Of a stretch of 64,000 nt of DNA, positions 52,110 to 64,000 are shown piece after piece. The notes below the pieces were generated by a model that worked only from the letters and a program-made list of their open reading frames with translations, was not told the DNA's origin and did not search any database. Positions within the stretch are counted from its first letter, which is position 1. The number at the start of each line of letters is the position of its first letter. The position numbers were made by a program, and so were the translations under genes. Origin of the DNA: Amoebidium appalachense (lineage: Eukaryota > Protista > Ichthyosporea); the NCBI GenBank assembly GCA_963693365.1, contig CAVNZM010000011.1, positions 248,001-312,000 on the forward strand, written 5' to 3'.

Positions 52110-53411
52110 GTACCCTCAGGGCCACCTTCACCGTCTGCACCAGCTTAGCCTTGACCTTGCGCAGATACACACTCTTGCTGCTGTTGTGCACAATCATGAT
52201 GATGTGGATGGGCTCCTCGGGGGAGTAGACGTCCTTGGACAGAGAGGCCTCGACCCTCAGTGCCTGGCCCAGAGACTTGTATGGTCTCTTTTCGGCCTGC
52301 GCCGTGGGGCAGTGCCCGGGTATGGGGTAGTAGAGGCTGGCCTGGGGGGGTGGAGGATTGGGTAAGGTGGGATATGGAAACCTCTTCTTGTTTCTAGAGG
52401 GCACAGGCCCTGCACCAAGCACGTGATTACTATTACCACGTAGCACATGATACACCGCCTAACCCCATAAAGGGCACCGCTTCAACCCCCACATAGACAC
52501 ACCTTTCTGAATGATGCCATGGCCAGTGTAGTATCGACCTTGGTGCCCCTCTGCAGCAGGCGCACATCCCAGACCAGGCTGCAGTGCTTCTCGTCAAAGC
52601 TGGCAGGCATGTTCTCGGGCAGGTTGAAGCTCAGCCGCACCTCCGTGATGCCCAGCGGCACGGCGAAGTATTCCTGGTGCTCGGGTCCAGGGGTCTTGTG
52701 GTATCTGGAGGAGGGAAGGGCTGTGAGACATGTGTGAAGGAAGTGGACTTCCCTCCACTCCAGCACATGAGTGCATGCTGCTTGGTGCATGACATGTTGC
52801 CTCGCTTATATGAGTATATATCATACGGTATAAATGAAGAAACGGTTTTTACATGGCATGTGTGAAGAGAGGGTATATGGCATACATGAGTGAGAGAAAT
52901 CATATGTGCAAAACTCGGAGTATTCGTATGGCAAAAATGAGTGAGAGTATTCATGGCATAGATGAATCGAGAGTATTTATATGGCATATATAAGTGAGAG
53001 TATTTATATGGCAAATAAAGAGTATTGATATGGTATATTACTCAGAAAAATATATGGTATAAATGAAGTGAGGGCAGAAAGGCCGCACATGACAGCCTAA
53101 AGACGGTGCACGTGCCTGTATGCACAACCATGCACAACCATGCACATACACTCGAAGAATATCCCATGCACACACATGCAAATACATTCTCGAGCATACA
53201 CTCACGCACACACAAACATGCTCAGACACACGCACATCGATATACACGAATACATACTCAAATCTGCTCCGCTCTATGAGAAGCCACACATTTGCACAAG
53301 CTTCATTATGGGGGGGGAAAGGACACACACGAAAAGCCACATGAATGCAAACAAACACACACCCAGACAACCACACACACACCGTCTGGCGCAGGCGCAC
53401 ACGCTCTCTCT

Positions 53412-53490
<79 letters not shown>

Positions 53491-53513
53491 TCACACACAG
53501 ACAGGCCATGCAG

Positions 53514-53578
<65 letters not shown>

Positions 53579-54658
53579 ATGACAAACCCAACACACAACC
53601 ACACCACACCACACATACACACGTGATACATGCACATACACGTGCAAATGCACGGAAATATGCACACACATGCACACACGCACACACATGCACACACATG
53701 CTCACACACACACAAAAACACGCGCACACACACACACCACATCATATATACATACAACACAGGACCTTGGTTTACAAACACGTGCACAAATATCCACAAG
53801 CACGTGCACATACAGGCATGCAAACATGAGTTAGTGCTCATATAGCACATACACACACACGACACAGACACAGCGCGCCCTCATGAGAGCACATGTGAGA
53901 GCACAACCTCCACGCGCACAGACTGCTACAATAGTCCAACAGACAGTGGGCACCCCACCAACTTGGAACAAGGAGCCTGCCACACTGCTCATGCACACAG
54001 GAGACCAGTACAAAGACTGGCCTCCCTTGCATGTGCCACGCACTTGCACCAAAGCCACTTCCAACCGACGCATACTTGGTCCCTTTCCACTCACAAGCAC
54101 ATAGACACACAACAGGCACGCACATCAAGGGCGGTAAACTCGAAGTGTGCAGCCAGTTACACTTTGCACACGGGAGCACACCATTGCATAAACCCAAGAC
54201 TCGCGACAAAAACACAGCCACCAACCCGAACTCTAACACTTACAAGTGCACGTTCACGCACGTATGCAACACGCAGCACGTTTTCTGCCAGCTAGAACAG
54301 CAGGGAGCCCTGCTCTCAGAACGGCTTGCCCTGTTTGCACACAAACATATCTGCTCACACTGAACATCGCGACACAAAATGCGTAGGCACACACACACAG
54401 CGCCCACCTGTAGATGGTATGTGCCGCGGCCTTCCACGTGCTTGTCTCCTTTATCAGCAGCCTACACAGCAGGGCCACGTATATGGGCGGCATAACGACC
54501 TCCTTCACACAGCGAATAGTCAGTGTGCCCTCGACCTTATCATTATCATAGTAGGTGGTGCGCTGCAGCCGCACAACAAACTCGGGCCCGTCAGGGTCTG
54601 TTTGGAATGACCGGCTGAGCTGGTGCAGAGACTGCTCGCCCTCACCGTGATGATCCAT
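48443..54658 (-). CDS. Arrestin-family protein (~545 aa) with a beta-arrestin-like C-domain and a PPxY tail
   Basis: Exons 54658-54408, 52704-52503, 52341-52114, 50754-50508 and 49763-49099 are phase-compatible. Terminal micro-exons near 48900-48881 and 48483-48443/48475 are uncertain. Motifs: [67 protein letters not shown]. Start context CCACCATGG. Confidence 0.82.
52810..53070. repeat. Degenerate AT-rich ~26-28 bp minisatellite in arrestin intron 1
   Basis: Recurrent gagagtatt(t/c)atatggca(t/a)a units. Confidence 0.6.
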
Positions 54659-55200
54659 GGTGGGTGCTATGGCCGTGGTGGCTATGATGAAGGCCGTGCA
54701 CTTATTTGCTGGCTAAGTGGACTGTGCGTGTAGCCCCAACTATGACACTACTACGCCGGGCATACTGTGGCTAAAACGGTGCTATGTTCACAACAGCAGA
54801 AAACACGCTCTATACACATGCACGCTCCCTGTTTCTTTTTCCTACGTGCACAGTAACAGTTGTAGCATAGTTAGAGTTCTCTTGGAGCCTCAGTTCAATT
54901 ACGTTTGACCTCGATGTCTTAAAATTGGTGAACTGAGGTGAAGCGACTGGTGAGCGGCGTTTGCGAAAGCACAGCGGCATTCCACAGTTTATGAAGCGCG
55001 CAGATGATTGGGTTTCTACTTCGTTAAGTCCTTGCCCAAAAACTCTCTGCCTTGGGGTTCATGTACATTTTCCCCCTAATAGGACCAATAATTATTTTTA
55101 TTTTCAAATGTAGTGTGGATTCAAACTAACTTTGCCAATTTGGAAAGAATTGTAGACATTCAGTCGTCGCTTACTTTTAACCTTTGTTATCATTTGTACT

Positions 55201-55233
<33 letters not shown>

Positions 55234-57407
55234 GTTTTTTATTACATATTTTCTCTAATAACATCTCTAATTCGTAACAAGTAGATGCTGCAAATTGCAG
55301 GACCTGCGCCAGGGCCCGGCCAGGCTGAAGCTGAAAGAAATTTCAGATTTGGAATGAAGTTTAAGAGAGAATCAATGGGGACATTCCTTACTGTCCGTTA
55401 TTGCACATGCACAAGTTGTTGATATGGTCAACCCTTTGCAGTTGCCATCTTTCGTATAGAAATTTGGTCTTCTCATAACTTTCCGTATTGAACCATAGAT
55501 TTCAGCTTCAAAATACGGCCATGGTGTCTGTGGCCTGGTCGGCGCACGACTGCTCAGAAATGGCCCATGGGTATATACTGTAAGTTGGTGGTGGTGGTTG
55601 GCCTTGCATTCCTGCTGGTGTGTAGGACCGATTCAAATGGCCAAGATTTATCCCAGGAATGCTTGGTGAAGCAATGTCATGATGCCGGTACGCTTGAAGG
55701 TAGCAGTGGCACTGTTTTTGCCGCCGCCTGCGCAGACTAAAATGAAGCATTGCTATTGTGTACCGTATACAACAAACAAAAAAAAAACAAAAAAAAACAA
55801 AGAAGGATTCTCACTCCGCGCACGTGTACTGTGTTCATCTGTAGACCATATTGACCATGTGTGGCACGGCACTGGATGATGTGGGTTAGCCACAACTTAC
55901 GGTATACGTACATGCATATCATGTACAATCCGATGATGGTCCGTGGGCCGTGGCCCTTAAATATTAGGATAATCCCGTCACTCTTATTTGAAAGTATATA
56001 TGAACTCGAAGTACCACGCAAAACTACTCTATATTAGTAACACACAAGACTGTATCATACTGTGTTTTGCAAGCTCTCACGCACACGTCGGAGCATCTGT
56101 TGCCGCAGTTTTACTTCGCTCTGCCTAATCCACAGGCCAATGATTTGGAAGATCGCTGATGACCCTGAGATACTGTATATCGTCTACAAATGGCCCTCTA
56201 CAATTCTATATACCGGCGGTGCCGTCACAAAACCAGTAGATGAACAAGGAACACTTTTTCCTGCGTTATCGTTTCTGGCTGTGCTTTGCTGTAGTGGTGG
56301 TTTTGTGCAAATGTCAGTCATTTACACACACCTGGCCAAGTGTTCAGTGGCGCCATGATCCACTACCCCCCAAACTCAATATGTACAGATGCCTGTATAA
56401 ATGGAGAAACCCCTAAACTTGAAACCCAAAAGTCCCAAATCATGAACTTAGCAAAGTTGTGCATTGATCAGTCAGCAATTCAAAGATTTCATTACATATA
56501 TGATACTAAAGCTTTACATTTCAGACCAAAAATAAAATTGGAAAAGGATATTTAATAACAAAATATTACAATATATATACATAAATAGAAAGGGGTTCAC
56601 AAAAGCCTAAATGCGAAATTGGACTATGATAATGTAATAATGATGTACAACCACAATTTCCAGAATCTTGGAACCCCATCGAGTAAGGTGATTAACCCAC
56701 CAGGCTTATGAGTTCCATGCCAGGCTTATGAGTTCCAAGCATTTGGCTCGGGCAAGAACCCTCGGTGTATTACGCATTCGAAGGATTAGCCATTATGCTT
56801 CTACCTAAACCGATTCTTTAGTGAGTCATTGCGCTGTACGTACGTTGTCTTGCAGGAAGTAATAATCGTGGGGCGTCAAGTGCCAAGCTTTTCTTTCTCT
56901 TTTACACGCCTCGGTAGGTATGTTGTATCCAATCAAGCCTTCGGAACAGCCGATTACGATTTTTTTCGAACCCAGGGGTGTCAAATCGTGTGACTTTTAT
57001 ATAAACGACACGGTTGGCTTTAAATTCACTTTAAAGGCTATAAAACACTCTTTATATTATACCTTATCTAAGTCATTCAAGCATTTTAGGCACGAAATAC
57101 CACTGCAGATCGAAGCCATTCATGAAAACGTCAGCTCGCTGAAGTGGCCTCCTCGACAGACTTGACAGCGTGTTGCTCTTGGGACTTGTTTCACCCCCTA
57201 ATGTTTTACATTTACTTTCCGAGACTTTTTTCACACGCTGGTTAGAGAGTAGGTGTATTCAGTGGGCAAAACAAAAGGGAACTTTTTATAACGGTGCTGG
57301 AACACCAGGCGTCTTTACTGCACACTGAAGCGTAGATCCCGGCTAGGCTTTTTACACCAGACCCAGAAACTCCAGAGAAACACAGTTCGTTGTTATAAGC
57401 CTCGAGA

Positions 57408-59251
57408 ATGAGAAACTCGGGCGCTCCCGCGCAGTATGTGCGGCTGCAGCACGCTGATGAGGAAGACAGGGCTCTGGATGCAGATGAGACCGAGCTGTTT
57501 GTGAACGGCGTAGGGGTCGAGGTGGAGGACTCCTTTGTAGGTGTGTGTACCTTGCAACCAGGGCACACCATTTAGAGTCATGAGAGCAGGCTCAGATGTG
57601 TTGTTTCTTTGTGTTTGTTTTTGCTGTTGTTACATCTGAGCTTTTGTCAAGCATACAGCCACCAGATCTGCATGGGTTGAGGCTTTCGCTCCCGGTGGCG
57701 TTTGCTAATTTCCTAGAACGTTCGTCACTTTGGACCTTGTAAGGTGCTTGTCCTCACTAACATCATACAAAGCCGTCTTGGAATCTGAGGTGGCTTTGCT
57801 CGGTAAGATTATGCAAAGCCTTTTTGCAACTTTAAGATGCCATGTTAAAGGAGTTATCGACCCAGAAATAGCCGTGTGTTAAAGAAATCCCGATAGATGA
57901 CCTCGTTACTGACCTTGTGTTTTGCTCTGGCAGGCAAGGACAGCGTCTTTGAAAAGAAGGCGCTCAACAACCGCAAGCATCGGCCCGTGTGGCAGCTGTG
58001 TGGGCTCAACGCCTTTGGCTTTGCCTACGGCCTGCTGATAGCCACCTATGGCGTCATCACGCTGCCCACTGAGGCCGAGCGTATGTACCCCGAGAAGCAC
58101 GCCCTGCTCCTGGCCCTGTTCATGGCCATTGCTGGCGTGTCCCAGCTGTCGGGCCCTGTGGCCGGGTTCTTCTCCGACCGCTGCACCCACCAGTGGGGCC
58201 GGCGCCGGCCCTTCCTTGCCTACGGAGGGCTGGTGGGGTTTGTGTGCCTAATCGTGCAGTGGTGGGCACACAACAACCTGGCCGTGTGCACGTACCTGGC
58301 GGCCTTCCTGGTGTCCATGCTTGCGCTCAATGTTATGTACACGGCATACTCGGGGGGCCTAACAGACCTTGTGGCCGAGGATCAGCTGGGCCAGGCCAAC
58401 GGCATTATGGGTGTCTTTGCCGTGCTGGGCGCCTCCTCTGGCTTTGGCGCCTTCTCACAGTTCCTGACCATTGACACGGGCTACCTGTTCTACGCGCTGG
58501 TGCTGCTGGTGACGGTGGCCATATCGGTCTACAGCATGGACGAGGTGCCCCTGAGCGCAGACAGGGAGCCCTGGACCTACAACGAACTGTGGCTGTGCTA
58601 CTACATATCCCCCACCCGCCACCGCGACTTCTTCCTGGTCTTTGCCTCCCGCACACAGGTACCTGCCGCCTGAGAGCAGACTGCATGGGTTGCTGTTTGT
58701 GGTGGCAAATATATGCGGTTGAGCTCAGCCTGCTGGTTGCCCCGTGTGCATTTTCGAGGGCTTGTGTGTGTTGCGGGCTCTTACTCGAGTCAGACGCAGC
58801 ACGGAGAAAGAGTGCGAGCCGTAGCGGTGCACTTGGTGGTGGGTGTGGTGTGCTGGGGCAGAGGGGAAAAGGGCCCGAAGGGGGGGCGGGGGGGAGCTGT
58901 GTATCTTATTGTGTGGTTGGAGTGCTAACCCCCCGTCCCCCCCTCCCCCCCCCCCCCCCCCCCCCCCTCCCGTTGCAGTACTACATGGGGGTGAGTGTGC
59001 AGACGTTCATGCTGTTCTACTTCCGGGACCTTGTAGTGGGTGTGGACAGCCCAAAGGCAGGGGTGGCCCTGCTGGCGCTGTGCGGTCAGCTGGCCGGCGC
59101 CACTGTGTATGTACCCCAACCTGCACCCCCAAATGTGCATACACACAGACACACACAACACACACACATAGATGCACATACACGGGTGCACACACACACA
59201 CCACAGACGGGCGCACACACCCGCACACGGACACGCATACACGTGTGCGCG

Positions 59252-59321
<70 letters not shown>

Positions 59322-60392
59322 GCCACATAACATGCATTATGCGAGGCACCTCTTGCCCACTTGCAAGGGGATGTTTCTTACTCACCCAGAACACAAACAT
59401 GATGTCTTTTTTTGGTTTCTGTCCACACTGTAACATTCGTGGCCCTGTCATCCTCTATCAACACAAACACCAGCATTTCTAATGCAGGCCAGCGAAAGCT
59501 TTGACACTCATTTTTTGGAACCCGGCTATACCACGCACATAACTTAACACGGCAAGCACTTGAATGCCCATACACATCTTAAGACTTTCGGCGCAAATAG
59601 AAACGTGCTGCAATCATTTCTGCTCAGCACTCTGCACTTGTATGCAACTGTTACGCCCCATCGATATATGCATATGAACACGAGCACATGGGAGGGAAGA
59701 GCACTAAAGTGGCATGGGCTGTGGTTTGTGCAAGTGCACAAATAAGTTATCATTGGGGCCACGTTGTTGTTGTGTGCTGCTGAGGTTGTGTGAGTGCTGC
59801 TGACAGGTTGTGTGTGTGCTGCTGAGGTTGTTTGTGTGCTGTGTCTGCTCACCGAGTCGCAGCCACGCATGCACATGCACAGGCGCCTCACACGCACAGG
59901 CGCCTGTGCATGCATGCACCTAGCATGGCCCATCACTGACACTACCCCCCAATACAGGTGCTACCCCATGGGCCTGCTGAGTGACCGGCTGGGGCGCAAG
60001 CCACTGATCTACATCAGCAGCGGGGTGATTGTGTTTGTCTACATCTGCTTCATGTTCACCCGCAGCATGTGGGCCGTGCTTGCAGCTGGCGTCATCTACG
60101 GGGTGGGCAATGGGGCGTATCTGAGTGTGGACTATGCCCTTGCATGTGACACGCTGCCCTCCAAGGACCATGCAGCGCGCTATCTGGGCATCTGGGGGTT
60201 GCTGCCTTCCTGGGCACCATGATGGGGCCTCTGATTGTGGGCCCATTGCTGATGTTCTTTGGTGACCTGGGGGCCGTGGATGCTGAGGGCATGCCCCGCT
60301 ATGATGCTGCTGGCTATGTGGCTATCCTACTGGTGGGTAGTCTGTGCATGATTGGTAATGCTGTTACCGTGGCCCCGGTAAAGGCCCGCTAA
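57408..60392 (+). CDS. MFS transporter, GPH/SLC45-like (sugar:cation symporter-type), ~473 aa
   Basis: Exons 57408-57540, 57934-58658, 58979-59106 and 59958-60392. Motifs GFFSDRCTHQWGRRRPF and GLLSDRLGRK, with multiple TM helices. One G is missing in the G5 run 60194-60198 (IWG|VAAFLGTMMGP). Confidence 0.88.
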
Positions 60393-61445
60393 GAGGGAGG
60401 GCTGGTTCCCTCTCCCGTAAGGTGATTTGCGCAGTTTCGAGACGTATGGTGTGCCTGTGTTGTAGTTTTTCAACCTGTTTTGTATGTAGATTTAGTGACG
60501 CGGAATATGAGCCGGCCTCTTTGGGTTGGTAGTATTAATGATGTATGGTCTGTCCTGGTGACAGCCCCCTGTTTCTGAAATGAATCGGCACCAGTTGCCT
60601 TATTTGGTCATTGCCCTGAATGGCGCACATATTCTCCATCACACACCCAGTCACTGTGGGGGTAGCAACGTCGTTACCTCTGCCTCTCGGTGCTATCGAC
60701 CCCAGTGTGGTTTAACACACACGCACATGATGATCATGCTTGCAGACAAACAAACAAACCCATGTTACTACTGAAACATTACCTAGGCCTCCGCTTTCCT
60801 TTGAACCAGAGCACTCTTGAATGAGCCCCCCTCCCCCCCCTCCCCCTCCCCCCCCCCCCCCCCCCCTCGTCCCATCGGACAACCCATCCCCCTTCCGGAT
60901 CCCCGGAGCAGTGGATAAGTCTAAATCTTATTAGATATTCACTTGCTGGTTCCACGGAACATGTCATTGACATAGTCGCCTCCGGGATGCCTGATATATG
61001 AAGTTGGGGAGCGGATGGGGAGAGGGGGGAGGGGGAGGGGGGACTTGACAATGAACAATGGCCCTGCAGGCGGAACTAGACGCGAGATGGCCGGAGAGCT
61101 GAGAAGGAAGGGAGGATAGGCCTATATGGCAAGGGATTTAATTAATATAATGATTAAAGAAACAAAAACAAAGGAAACAGGTGGGTACAGGCTAAACGCG
61201 AAAGAGGAATGCACCGTGGAATACAAAAGGAGGGAGCACGTACACTGGAGGAGAGGAGGGGGAGGGGGGGGGGGGGGGGGGGGGGAGGGGAGGGGAAGCC
61301 CCGGGGGAGAAAATTAAAAACAAAAACAGAAAAGGGGGGAGGTGGGGTGGGGTTAGATGGTTGGTTAAAAAACCTACCCGGAAATGGGGGGACGGAGGAA
61401 GGGGCGAGGGGTGGGGCTTGGATTAGACTGAATCAAAAACAAACA

Positions 61446-61491
<46 letters not shown>

Positions 61492-61842
61492 TGCATATCA
61501 TGAGACATTTATAAACAAACACAACACAGAAAGGAGGTGGGGGGCGGGGGAGAGGGGTGTGTGTGGGGAGGTGCATGAGACAATCAAAACATACACAGTA
61601 AGGTGGGGAGCCGGGGCGGGTTGGATGAGAATCAAAACAAGCACCGGGGGGAAGGAGGGAGGAGGAGGAGGTCGAAGGCTGAGAGCGCGAGACGGCTTTG
61701 GGGGCCCTGGGAACTTCGGGAGCGAGGGAAGGACAAGGACGTGCAAGGTACTTGGCAAAAGATGAACCAGAAGATGACGTGTGCAGTGCTTCGTTTTGAT
61801 AACCTCCCCCCCCCCCCCCCCCCCCCCCCCCTTCCCCTCCCC

Positions 61843-61898
<56 letters not shown>

Positions 61899-62553
61899 GC
61901 CCCGTATGCGGGATATTCCCGCCAAGGGTTCAGCTATCAGCAACCGACCGGCCTTCCTACCCAAACGTTCAACACATTTGCCCTATGATCAAACGCTGTA
62001 TTGTATCCATCCCAAATTTAGATTTATTTCCAGAGAGAGAGATGGGGGGGGGGGGGGGGGGAGGGGGGTGGCTGGCTTGCTCGAATGAACACGCCCGAGG
62101 TACGTTGAGCCACATAAGGACATCAAAAGCTTTAAACGTGTTGTGCGCCAAGGCAGCTTTTTTCCAGCCTGGGGTTTGTGTTCAATCCTATTTCTACGGA
62201 CTGCTCGTGGCTCGTCCCCATGACTCCCAGGGGACCTCAACCAGCGAGGCTACGACCTGTGATGTTGGGGACAGCACACAATAGGCAAATACAACAAGAA
62301 AGTAAAGGCACTGCACTGTGTAATGAGCATGGTACCGTAGCACTGTGCCATCAAGATACCTGCCCGAGTGGTCTATCCACCCTTCCCCCCGTCCCTCCCC
62401 TCCCCCAACCCCCCTCCCCCCCCCCCCCCCCCCACTCCCACACAGACACTCACTACCCCCCCCCCCCTCCCCCCGGCGCTTCCCCCCCTCCCCCCCCCCC
62501 CCCCCTCCCCCCTAACTAAGGACACAGGTTTGCCATCACCACAGTCTCCGCCC

Positions 62554-63436
62554 CTACTGTGTGTGCACGTGGTGTGTGTGCTGCCACCTTGCCAGCAGAT
62601 TCTCCCCCGCACTCAGCACATAGCCCAGGCCCCAGCCCACCCAGGGCCGCACCCTGCCAGTGTAGAGTTTGCCCAGGGGGCTTGCAGCAAGCAGCACGTC
62701 CAGGGAGTAGTCGTCCACCTGCCGCCATATGCGCACCTGCCCGTCCTCGCACGTGCGGAAGTCCAGCCACACGTTGATGGGCACGTCCACCCACAGAAAA
62801 GGCCCCGGCCACAGGTTGGGCACCCCCACCTGTCGTGGTGTTCTCGTCAGAACAACCACGGCAGGAAGTGGGAGTGGGAGTGTGTGTATGTGTGGTGTGT
62901 GTGTGCGGTTTTTTTTCTTTCCTTTTCTTTTTTTGAATGGGCGGGGGGGGGGGGGGGAGGGGGGGGGGGGGGACTGCCAAGTGAATGTAGGGCGGGGGAA
63001 GCACTGAGAGGACAAAGGTGATTTCAAGTGGGACTCCGGTTTGCGCAAGCAAAGGTGCAGATAGCCCCTCCCCCTTCCCCTCCCCCCCCCCCCCCCCCCC
63101 CCCCCCCTCCCCCCCGGTCCCCTCTTCCCCCACCCCCCTCTCCCCTCCCACTCCTTCACACCCTCAACAGGCACGGGCACTCACGTGCTGCACGACCCTC
63201 ATGACCGCGTGGTCCTTCTCCACCAGCACGGTCTGCACCTCGGGCTGCATCTTCAGCAGCCACCCCGTCACCGCCAGCAGCCGCGCCAAAGTGTCCCTCC
63301 CGCGCACACACACGAGGGGGTGCTGGAACTCCACGTCGGAGGTGAAGTAGCGCTCCAGCGCAGACCGCACAAGCTCAGGCTGCCCGCTGGTGAACTGCAG
63401 AGCAACAGTTCGCAGCGTGGACTCGTTGAGAGGCAT
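62554..63436 (-). CDS. SnoaL/NTF2-like fold protein (DUF2358-like), two exons; exact 3' end uncertain
   Basis: Exon 63436-63185 (YFTSDVEFQHPLVCVRGRD) ends CAC|GTGAGT. Exon 62829-62554 encodes ...EDGQVRIWRQVDDYS..., typical of SnoaL-like domains. Confidence 0.75.
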
Positions 63437-64000
63437 GGTGGCGGACGTAGGAAAAAGGTCTTAATGAAGCAAAGGTAGAATGGGTTGCTTACACTTGTGT
63501 TGCTTTCGAAGCTAACAGCGATGGGTGAGGTACTACCGTACTACACGGCTGCCTAAGTTGCTGGGCCATAAGCTGACTGGAGCCCCCAACAAGTGGGCTG
63601 TCACGTGTACAGGCATGGTGCTGTATCGTGTACCGTAAGCGTAAGGCAACGTTGACAGTAAGCTTATGAGGTCACGGTATCGTGTGACCACCCTCGTCTC
63701 ACGCGCGTTCTTGCGCCGACACTTCTGTCCACGCACCCGGGCGATTCCAGAAAATAATCCATCACATGCATGTTTTTTCTAAATCGCGGCTAAGGGAAAG
63801 AACCGATTATAATAGACACCTTTGTTTTAACCTGTTAGCTAAACCTCTCGAAAACAGGCCTCGCTCCCTCGTGCTGACATATCGTTTAATAATTAGTGGC
63901 TCTTTGGGTCAAACAATAAGAAGCCACCACACGCACCCGACGGACAGAAGTGCGACAGAAGCATTCAATCTGCACGTGCGCCATTTGAGGTGTCCGCTTG

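Noticed and set aside
55326-55510. 11-bp inverted repeat tgaagctgaaa/tttcagcttca as MITE ends
   Set aside because: Short, with no flanking TSD seen.
56700-56737. Direct duplication of ccaggcttatgagttcca (20-bp period)
   Set aside because: Simple local slippage duplication with no functional context.

Overview
This is a eukaryotic, intron-rich window with GT-AG introns and CTRAC-like branch points. Introns are filled with poly-C/poly-G and (CA)n/(TG)n tracts, so most short ORFs in the ORF track are microsatellite artefacts. Gene content and style suggest a unicellular holozoan such as an ichthyosporean, but this is inference only. Contents, left to right: (1) the 3' part (>6,500 aa) of a giant secreted/surface protein built from about 40 bacterial-style SdrD-B/Cna-B-like domains, a repeated unrecognised Cys-rich module split by an identically placed intron, and a ~1,170-aa Thr/Glu/Pro stalk; its first intron holds a 540-bp MITE with 15-bp TIRs and a 9-bp TSD; (2) a near-perfect 70-nt hairpin just inside a putative 5' splice site; (3) a ~1,630-aa mitochondrial PPR protein; (4) a hidden gene of at least 7 exons resembling a divergent mitochondrial beta-barrel, with a cluster of G.U-rich hairpins in one intron; (5) a tentative minus-strand membrane-anchored gene with a young antisense LINE in its 5' intron; (6) an arrestin mixing alpha- and beta-arrestin features; (7) an MFS/GPH transporter; (8) a SnoaL/NTF2-like protein. 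Three genes carry a single-base frameshift at a C/G homopolymer, most likely assembly errors. All exon models were read by eye.
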